A DNA stretch of 64,000 nucleotides from positions 1,054,001 to 1,118,000 of the forward strand of contig RSEE01000009.1 in NCBI GenBank assembly GCA_003971905.1, written 5' to 3'. Each line of letters opens with the position of its first letter. Position 1 is the first letter of the stretch. Below are positions 54,454 through 64,000 of this stretch, piece by piece. A program made the position numbers and the translations under genes. The notes below the pieces were generated by a model that worked only from the letters and a program-made list of their open reading frames with translations, did not search any database and was not told where the DNA came from. This stretch comes from Moniliella sp. 'wahieum'. Its lineage: Eukaryota.

Positions 54454-55821
54454 TTCCGTCCCCTCGACTCATCTTGTTGCTTCGTCGGGCTTCGTTGTGC
54501 TTTGTAGGGCCTGGTGGGGCTCTGGCGGACGTTGATGCCCTTGATCGTTGAGTTGATGACGTTGATACTATCGTTTTTTTTTCAGCCTAGGACTTCAATA
54601 ACCCTTATTAAACCGTACTCAGTACTCAGTACTCAGTCTAAGTACTCATCCGCTTTCGTTGCGAACAAATCAATTGCCTATCGACCGTTTGTTTTGTTTT
54701 TTGTTGTTTTGGTGGCGGTTTGAGTTGCGCGCACACAGCTAGCTTGACCCTGTACGCTTGGTAGCTTGATAGCCTGCTATTCGGGCCACACTCAGTTACG
54801 TTAAGGAAGTGGAGGTGGCTGTGCAAGAAAACGAATTAATCGTCGCCCCGTGACAGAAAGGGTCAGGCTGTTTCTCCTCCCCCTCTCCTCCCCCTCGTTC
54901 TTCTTCTGATCCTCTAACCCGATTAGTTGAGGATGTTCTCCCTGAGGCCTGAGCCAAAGATCGGGACGGACGGCAATGGGGACTTGCCTCTATAACGTTC
55001 GCTGTCAGTCATAGCAGTCTCCCTGCCGCGATGGTTATCTTCCCCTGGCTATATCACTCCTTGTTCCCAAGAGTGCGAAATGACGGTGCCTGGATTTTAG
55101 CGCACAATCCGGTAAAGGTCCAACCACATCTTCATTGCGACTCATCACTTTGTTCTTTTCAGCGCCCAAACCTCTTTCGCCTCCGTCTTTTCGTGGCATA
55201 ATATCCGCGAGCCCTGAGGATATGAACCCCCTACTATTCCGGGTGTGTGTTGGCAAATGTGAGGGCGGAGACAAACCGTCTCAAAAAGTGACACATAAGT
55301 GAGAAGCCCTGGATCCTGTGTCGTCGCCTACTTTTATGGGGCAACGAGCTTTCCATGAACTTTTGGAGCCCATCAGAAGTTATAATCTATCTCTCCCTCA
55401 TTTCCATCACATATCATGTCAAAGGCGTAGTGATGTCGTGTTAGTTGGCTCATTTGAGTAAGGGCAGATGAGGAGACGGATGGGGGTAGTAGACCGTTCA
55501 TGGGCAGGCAAGCACTTGTGTGCGTGTGGTTTATCTGTTGCACTCCTGGGTCTTCTCACTATAATACACCTCTTCTTCAGCAATCTCACTTGTCGCGGTC
55601 GAAAAAAAAAGGCGCCAAAGAGACGGATGGGCAGTGAAACATTGAAACCGCTCGGCGCTGTCTGCGATTGGATTATGTCAGCACGCACGAAGACAGTGCA
55701 ACGTGGAAGGCTCAGTGAGCTCACATGCGCTCCACGCTTGAGCTTGGTTGGCGACACCGCTCCGCCCTTCTCTGCCTCACCGCCCACGAGCCATCTGGAC
55801 GTCTGCGTGTCCACCATCCCG

Positions 55822-57453
55822 ATGCTTGCCAGAACTCTGCTGCTCGCATCTGCTGCTGCTGCCGTCATCCAATCGGTGGCTGCTGCTACCGCTTACGAGG
55901 TCAAGAACGTCGTCCGCTCCATCGAGCTGGCCGGGGGCGTTTCGTCCATCTCGACCGCCTACACCCTGGCTGCGCCTCCGGATCACCTTTCCGAGCCCTT
56001 TTATCTCGCCTTCTCCCATGACGAATGGGAGGCATTGAGCGATTTTGGTCTGGTTATCGACAGTCCCAAGTCACTCCGCGGCAACTCTCTGGCTTACGCG
56101 GATGCTGGTCCCGATGCCTCCGATAATTCGACTCATTTGCTCGCTGTTGACCTTAGCCCCGTGCCTGTGTCTGACGACGATGTCGCCTTCATTTCAAGGG
56201 CACATTCACTCATTTGACATTCCCTCTCCCACCCACTGCTCCCCAAAACGGCAGCAGCAGTATCTTGCCTGGAAAGGGGACGCTGGCATCCGCTCGGTCT
56301 ACCCGGTGCGCAAGGGCAAGACCAAGGTCACGTACGTTTTTCTTAACCCTCCCCTTTCTTGCTAGCGCTAGCTGACCTTTTTTCTTTATGTATGTATGTA
56401 GTGTTGCCTCCTCTACCAACATTCCCGACTACTCTCCTCGCGCTACCGCGACCAAGCTGGGCAACAAGGTCACGTATGGTCCTTACACCAACATTCCCTC
56501 GTTCCGCGATGAGGCGGTGGAACAAGGGCTGGTGCGGTACGAGCACCCCATGCCGGTGCTCAGCGCTGTTTCCGTTGAGCGAGTGGCAGAGGTGTCGCAC
56601 TGGGCTGGCAACTTGGCCATCGAGGACCGGGCGTGGGTGCGCAATGACGGTCCTGAGTTGGGGGACACTTTGGACGCATTGACTACCAATCTGCCGCGTT
56701 CAGTCGCCAGCGTTTGCCCGCCACGTTGGTTCGGATGCGCATCCCGTTGCCGCCAGGTGCAAAGGATGCGTATGGTGGATGCAATTGGAAATGTGTCCAC
56801 TTCTCGTTTTGCTCCGGTTCCGCCCAACCCCAAGCTCATCACTCGTCCCGTCCAATCCCTCAACCCGTCCCAGGCTAGTGTACTGGACTTGCAGCCGCGC
56901 TACCCTCTCCTAGGCGGCTGGAACTACACGTTCTCCTATGGCTTCAACCTTGATCTTGCTACGGGGGGGTGGGGTAAGGTTCTAGATGCTGGAAAGTTTA
57001 GCGTCGCAGTCCCCTTCCTGACTCCCCTCGACGGCGGGACAGTCTACGATGAGGTGACTCTCAAGGTCGTCCTCCCTGAGGGCGCTAGTGACGTTGAGGT
57101 TTTTGCCCCCTTTGCTGTGGACGAACAGGAGGCAACCGTGACCAAGACCTACCTCGACACGACAGGACGCAAAACTGTAGTGCTCAAGAAGAAGAACTGC
57201 ACTGAGAACCACTCGCAATTGGTTTATGTACGTGCCTTGTCCCGGTGCCATGCCATATTAGTTCGTTCTCTCACTGACGTGGACTGTGTCCCCATTTGTT
57301 TCTTTTCCTCAGGTGCAATACACACTCTCGTCATTCGCCACCATGCAAAAGCCACTGGCGGTGGCGTCTGTGGTGATGTCGATTTTGGTTGTTGCTGCAC
57401 TTCTGCGGCGCTTCGACCTGCGCATCAAGACGCCCAAGCCCAAGACCGCCTAA
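55822..57453 (+). CDS. OST1: Oligosaccharyltransferase subunit ribophorin I
   Basis: Signal peptide; VTYGPY; ERVAEVSHWAGNLAIE; DAIGNVSTSRF; PRYPLLGGWNYTFSYG; VVLPEGA; TYLDTTGR; TM and C-terminal KPKTA retrieval-like signal. Confidence 0.95.
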
Positions 57454-57876
57454 GTGTTGAGAAGTGGACGATGCTTGATCTTCCCTCCCATCTCCTGCAC
57501 CTTGCACGCACCCATAGCTACTGGAACCCATGCAGGCCCTGTAAGAGGTAGCAACCAAGTTGACCAATCATGTCCGGGATGGGGGGGTTGTAGCTTGAGT
57601 GAGTCCCGCATCTGCGCCAGCAGCGGTCGCATGGTCCAGGTACAGATCCGTGCACAGTCACTCTGTCCGCCTAGGCAGGACGGATGGCATGGCGCGGGCG
57701 GAGTTTGGCGGAATGAGGGCTGGAATTTTGGCCCAGCCGCTCGCCCGCAGGACATTCGTTTCAATAATTCCAATCGATATGCAACCCCGACAGTGTCGCT
57801 TGTGCTGGTTCTGCTTTTTCTCTTGGCCGCTTGCGGATGCGCGTGCTTGCCTTTGTCCGCCATACCCCATCCCACC

Positions 57877-59602
57877 ATGGTTCTCGTGCTCTTTGAGACG
57901 GCGGGTGCGTCTCCGCTCTCGTGTCTTTTCTTTGCCTCCCTTCGTGCTGACTTCACCTCCCTCGTTGGCACCCAGTGGGCTTTTGCTTGTTCCAGCTCGC
58001 CTCGCCCACGTCTGCCATCAAGAACGGTGACCTGGCCAAGAAGTTCAAGTCGGCCGAGGATGTTGCCAGCTTGATTAAGCTCCAGGCCATCCACCGCTTT
58101 ACCTCCACCGCCGAGGCGGTCCAGGACGCTTCTGACATTGGCGACGGAAAGGTGCCCAAGTCGCTCAAGAAATTCCTCTCGGCCGAAATCAAGGATAAAG
58201 CGGCCAAGGGGGGCCAGAGCAGCTGGTTGTGATTGACCCCAAGCTGGGCGGGGCAATTAGCAAAAAAGTAGGGATCGATGTCTACTCGGATTCGTCGGTT
58301 ATGGACCTGTACCGTGGAATTCGCGAACACCTCGCCAGTCTTCTTTCGGCTTCGGGCGCAGCGGATGGATCGGGCACCGTCGACGCTCGCGATATCTCGA
58401 CCATGGCCTTGGGCTTGTCGCACAGCCTGTCGCGGTATAAGCTCAAGTTCAGCCCCGACAAGGTGGATACGATGATTGTTCAAGCCATTGGTTTGCTGGA
58501 CGACCTAGACAAGGAAGTCAACATTTACGCCATGCGCGTCAAGGAGTGGTACGGCTGGCACTTCCCCGAGATGGGCAAGATCGTCAACGACAATGTGGCC
58601 TATGCCAAGTCGATCCGTGCCATGGGCTTCCGCACCAACGCTCACTCTACTGACTTTTCCGACATCTTGCCCACTGAAATCGAGGAGACGCTTAAGGCCG
58701 CCGCGGAAATCTCAATGGGAACTGAGATCTCTGACTCGGACCTGGCTCACATCCAAGAACTGGCCGAGCAGGTCATCAATATCTCAGCCTACCGCGCCCA
58801 GTTGTACAGTTATCTCCAACAGCGCATGTCGCACATTGCCCCCAACCTCACTGCGTTGGTCGGCGAGTTGGTCGGAGCGCGGTTAATTTCCCACGCGGGT
58901 TCGTTGATGAACCTGGCCAAAGCGCCCGCCTCGACGATTCAGATCCTGGGTGCGGAAAAGGCGCTCTTCCGCGCACTCAAGACCAAGCACGACACGCCCA
59001 AGTATGGTCTGCTGTACCACGCATCTCTGGTGGGCCAAGCACCCAACAAGTTGAAGGGTAAGATGGCGCGTATGGTCGCCACCAAGACTGCACTCTCGGT
59101 GCGTCTTGATGCGCTGGCTGATGACCAGACCGACGAGGCTCATGCCACCTCGACCGGAAACGATAATACTGGCCACGCTTCCATTGGTATTGAAGCCCGC
59201 AACGTTCTGGAGCACCGACTCCACGCGCTCGAGTCGGGAAACTTCTCAGGTGCACTCAAGAAGGACCGCTCCTTTGGTGCGGCCAAGCAGAATGCGTTCC
59301 AACCGGAACTTGCGTCTGCACCACGGACGTACAATGCTGCTGTGGATGCCCCCGTCACCGCCAAGGTGGAGGAAGAGGAACCGAAACTTTCTAAGGAGGA
59401 GCGCAAGGCCGCCAAGAAAGCTGCCAAGAAAGCGGCCAAGGAAGGGGATGTGTCCATGGCTACATCCGAGGCGGATGAGAGCAAGAAGTTGTCCAAGGAA
59501 GAGCGCAAGGCGGCCAAGAAGGCCAAGAAACGTGTGGCTGAAGAGAATGGGGACGAAAGTAAGGCTGAAAAGAAGAAGAAGAGGAGCAAGCATAGCGATT
59601 AA
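57877..59602 (+). CDS. NOP58: Box C/D snoRNP core protein Nop58
   Basis: [90 protein letters not shown]-rich tail. Confidence 0.97.
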
Positions 59603-60115
59603 GTCGTCTCCATGCCAAGGCAAGGTTGCATACCTCGTTCCATTCCTCTGTTGGACACCGGTGGGCGTGCCGTCGCAACTTTTCTCCTACCCAGCTATTG
59701 TGGACCCGCCTCTACGTGCTTCCTGCACGTTGGGCAGACCTAGGAGCGGCGTGTGTGCAGCCACTAGTCTGTGTAATGTAATATCTAGCTCATGGCGCCA
59801 ACGACACCTGACCTCGCACATAGAGCTGGCATACCGATGCCATACCTCATCGAGATGATATTCCTTCCGTGCCTTTTTGTCCAAAATGCTACTCTACCCC
59901 CAAGGCACTCAAGGCCAGCAGGTCTGCTCGATGGTACCTCGCGCCTATACCCCCAACCACCAATGCCCACCTATCGATCATCCGAAGCAACAGCGTACGC
60001 GTATATGAGAGAGAAGTATGCGGGTCCATATGACCATTATCCACCCATCTCACTCCCGCCTCAGTCTGAGCATGGAGACCCTGCGGCGCAGTCGCCAGCC
60101 TCAGCGTCCCCATTG

Positions 60116-61946
60116 TTAGGATCCGTTACGCGCCGCATCCTCCAGGTACTGTGATAGCTTCAACGCCCCCGTCCTGAGCGAGTCAAGTCCCGATTGGACG
60201 TCAGGGTTGTTCATGAAGCGGCGGTAGTAGTCTTTGGCAGTCGCTTCGAGCTCGGCAAAGTCGCCATTGGACCATCCATTGTCAACGCTGTGCCACTCGT
60301 CTTCCAACTCGGCATCTGGATCGTCCGCATCTGGCTCATCCCGCCCAAAGTACGCATTGGATGAGATGGTAGTGGCACCCGAGAACTTTTGCAGTCGTTC
60401 TTGCGCCTCAGCATGTGGTTCCGAATCGTAACTGCCCCGCTCAAAGTACATGTCGCTCGAAATGGCCTTTTGGTTGCCAAACTTGCGTCGTGCATAGTTT
60501 GGCATCTCTTCCTCTGCCCACGCGTTGCCGCTCGAGAAGCTAAGGTCGCAGCTGCTTGCTGGGACCGCAACCGCTCTTAAGCCCCATACGACCCATCCCC
60601 ATCCCCAACCTGTCCACCTGACCCGACGACTTGGGATGCCCCGCAGTCCGCCGACCCCGTACTCGCGCCCGTGGCCGTTGGAACATTATGTTGTTGAGAG
60701 CACTTGACGGCCTGACGGGCCGCCTGCTCGGCCTGCTGGTCAGAAACTTTCCGTGACGCTTCTTGCGCGGCAGCTTGATGTGCTGCACCCTCAGCCTCAG
60801 CCGCAGCCTTGGCCACAACCTTAATCTGCCGTTGTTTTTCCTCCTCTTGCGCTTGCGCCTTGGACGTCTCGGCAGCTCTCCGCTTGGCCGCGGCAAAATC
60901 AAACGTACCAGCTTCTCTGACCCCACCAACTTTTGCCCGCACGGCCAGGTGCAGATCCAGCCGATTGGCGCCTAGGCGCGACGCCCCCAGTGCTCGCCGA
61001 GGTGCACGGGCAGCAAGTACACTGGCTGGAGCAGGGGAGGATGCACAGAGACAGGCGTTGTACTTCGAGGAGTGGCCAGGACAGGAGAGAAGGTGCCAGG
61101 CTGGGGCATACTCTCTGGAGGGAGAGCATGATGCTCGGACTACCGGGGGACGCGCGCGAGACCCAATCCCAGCCTCCCCGCTGGCACTGGGGTTGCGAGA
61201 GACGCGATGGACGTGATGGACGTGTTGGGCCTTGGCGTCAGGGCGGGGTGGGGGTATCGTTGTCCCAGTCGTCAAAAAAGTTGTCGTCGACTTTAAGGGA
61301 TGCCGTAGGCGCAGGTCCGGTACCAATAGCCAAACTAGGGAAGACCACAGGAGCACAATCGCCACGCCGGACGTGGCAGCGTCAGCCTCAACACGTCGAT
61401 CTAGCTCTTGCTGGTACGCCTGGGCGACGGACGAAGTGTACTTGACCTTGCCCTCCACACCGGCACGCAGCAGCTCAGAGGCCTTGCGGGCATCCATTGA
61501 AAAATTTACATGCCGCCTCATTGCCTCCCACTTTCATCGCGCGCAGCTGCGCCCAGCTCCAGGAATCTAGATTCGTGCTGCGGACAAACGTGATGTGCAC
61601 ACCCAGGTTGCGATGCACGCTGCTGCAGTCGAGACAGATGTAGATGGCAAACGTGGCAGATGCCCAGGTCGGGTTCTTGGCGCCACAGTCAAAGCATACC
61701 TGGCGAGAAACGAGAAACGAGAAACGAGAAACGAGAAACGAGAAACGAGAAACGAGAAACGAGAAACGAGAAACGAGAAACGGGTGAACTGGTAGAACAG
61801 AATCGCACGCGGTGGCTAGCGCGCCTGTCAAGGTCACGGAGCAACGGGCAACGAGCAACGGGCAGACGCACCTTGTTCTGCTTGGCTTGGGAGCGGAGGT
61901 GCTTGAAGATCTGGACCAGCTCGTCGCGGCTGGGATTGGCGGCCAT
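60116..61946 (-). CDS. GLO3: ArfGAP of the Glo3/ArfGAP2-3 family
   Basis: [40 protein letters not shown]; tandem Glo3 motifs KAISSDMYF and TISSNAYFG. Confidence 0.95.
61704..61780. repeat. (CGAGAAA)11 heptamer microsatellite in GLO3 intron 1
   Basis: Perfect array. Confidence 0.97.
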
Positions 61947-62551
61947 GGGTGGTGGAGGTCGGAAGTGGGTACCGAGGGCAGTGGCGCCGAGAAGAACCGG
62001 CGCTGGCGAGTGCAGCAGGGGAGGGAAAGCAGGCCGTCGCAGGCCTCCGAAGGACTAAGTACTAAGGCCTTTAATTTAAGGCCAAGCCACGGCCGGCCAC
62101 AGCAGAGTATATATCACCTACATCACCCACATCACCCAGCATCACACCACCGTCGATCCCCGTGCGTGTGATCACACCGCGCGGCACGTGTCGAGTAAAT
62201 AGTGAACTTGACGAATACCACAGCCCATCTGCGTCTATGCTGCATGGCTTCTGCGCGCTGGATGTGGGATGTCCATCTGCGTTGCATCACTGTCACTTCT
62301 CTTGTCTTCTGGACCCAGTCCTGTTCAACGTTCATCCATCTCATCCTCTATTGCGTTTCTGCCAGCCAACACGCACCATACTGAGCTGGCTTGAAGCTTG
62401 ATTCTGCTCCGAGTGTTCCTTGCTCTACCGAGGCAACGCCTCCAACACTGCAGCATACCAGGGTGATGAAGCACTTCTTACCATGCAACAACCATACGTA
62501 GAGGCAACGAACACGCTGAAAGCAGCGGCCAGGCAACCCCGCTCAACGGGG

Positions 62552-64000
62552 TTAGTTTAGCTCGACGTTTTGCTTGGCCGAGTCGGCGTCGACCAATTTA
62601 CCCGGGTTCATGATGTTGTTGGGGTCGATCTGGTTCATCAGCGTCCGGTACAATCCACCGTATCCACACCCAACTCATTCTCAATAAACTGTTTCTTGCC
62701 AATCCCGACCCCATGCTCGCCCGTCGCGCGGTGCCATGGAGGTCTTGGGCGTGATGAATCATACGGTGAACCACTTCCTTCACCTTGGCCAACGTAACCA
62801 AGTCGTGCTCGCGATAGATAAGAAGAGAGTGCTGCCAGGAAAATACGAGTTAGTAGTCTCCCTCCTCGTCCCACCACAGTGTGGAAGGCGAAACAAAAAC
62901 GTACAAAGTTGCCGTCGCCAACGTGCCCCAAGATGGGGCCGTACAAGTTTTGTTCTTGGATGTCCGCCGTGACACGTTTGACCAGCGCTGGCAGCTGGCC
63001 AACCGGCACACATACGTCGGTCACCCACGCACGCCAAACACCGAATTTTTCCTCGGCATCGTCCGACTCGGGCTCGGTGGGTTTGGGGTACGACAACGCG
63101 GACCAAAAAGCCACTTTTCGCGCCCGCCAAAGACGATCGATTTCCTTTTGATTGTCGCCGTATTGAATGTGCGCCGCACCATGCTCCTGCAGAATCGTCT
63201 CGGCCAGCTCATAGTCCGCCGCAAGATGTTTAGGCGTAGCACCAGACAGCTTTAGGAATATCGTCGGTACCTCCCCCCCCGGCATGGAGGGCGTGTCGGG
63301 ATCGTCTTGCGCCGCACGATTCACAGCTCCAATCATTGCCCCGTCCATGAGCTCTACACATTGCGGCTGCATCCCTGTCCGAAGAATCGCCCCCGACGCT
63401 GCGACCGCATCGTCAACCGTAGGGAATGTGGCTACTACCACCGCATTGGGAAGTTTGGGCACCAGGCGAAGCGTGATGGCTACAATCACCCCCAGCGTCG
63501 CCTCGGAACCGAGAAAGAGCTTGGTCAGGTCCGGTCCGACTGAGGACTTGCGTGCACGAGAGCGCGTAGTGACCACCTTGCCCGAAGGCAAAACAACAGT
63601 CACATTCAATACGTAGTCCCCCTTCATCGTCCCGTACCGCACAGCATTCGTACCGCTGCACCCGGTCGATGCCATACCACCAATACTGGCGGTAGGACCT
63701 GGGTCGATGGGGAAGAAGAGTCCAGTCCCACGCCGCTCCAACTCAGCATTCAGTTCTTCCCATCCCAGTCCAGGCTGGACAGTCACATCCCCATCTTCCT
63801 CCGAAAGACGCAGGATGGACTTCATCCGACTAAAGTCGAGACTGATGCTGCGTCGGCCATCGAGATCCGCATCTGTGCCTGCCGTGTGACCCTCGAGGGA
63901 AGTGCCACCACCAAAGGGAACAATCGGCACACTGTGTTCTTGACACGCCTGCACAATCGTCACCACATCTTTGGTCGATTCGGGAACACGACAGCGGCAT
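62552..64000 (-). CDS. DLD1: D-lactate dehydrogenase (cytochrome)-like FAD-linked oxidase; 5' end outside the window
   Basis: PFGGGTSLEGH; FFPIDPGPTASIGGMASTGCSGTNAVRYGTM; RARKSSVG.DLTKLFLGSE; TDVCVP; GHVGDGNF; GEHGVGIGKK; DPNNIMNPGK. Confidence 0.92.

Noticed and set aside
54700..55450. Possible snRNA or snoRNA in the intergenic region
   Set aside because: No recognisable U1-U6, U3, SRP or paired box C/D motifs by eye; an Rfam covariance search would be needed.
58883..58885. Reassignment of the UUA codon suggested by the odd tRNA
   Set aside because: TTA occupies the conserved Leu in NOP58 GARLI. One site is thin evidence, but nothing supports reassignment.

Overview
Eukaryotic, intron-containing, GC-rich fungal DNA, most likely from a basidiomycete (inferred from a WC-1 without a zinc finger, GT..CTRAC..AG introns and gene content). 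Nearly every gene, including essential ones, is broken by 1-bp frameshifts. This points to an unpolished assembly rather than pseudogenes, so CDS bounds are approximate. Recognisable genes are a Chs4/Skt5-like Sel1 protein, a divergent Per1/PGAP3-like protein, Bye1, AP-2 mu, White Collar-1, a WW-MyTH4-RhoGAP, an Msn2/Seb1-type C2H2 transcription factor, Yop1, EI24, Rpl34, a stand-alone acetylglutamate kinase, calnexin, a DUF3405 protein, Ost1, Nop58, Glo3 and a partial D-lactate dehydrogenase. Two transposon-remnant islands (about 2.9-8.0 kb and 39.9-42.3 kb) hold five solo LTRs delimited by target-site duplications (TSDs), plus Helitron debris. The most unusual items are an intron-containing tRNA with a Leu(UAA) anticodon but no long variable arm, a possible GT-A glycosyltransferase (DUF3405) between calnexin and OST1, two likely pseudoenzymes, a conserved terminal hairpin in two diverged LTRs, and pervasive period-7 microrepeats. 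No clearly new multi-gene system was found.
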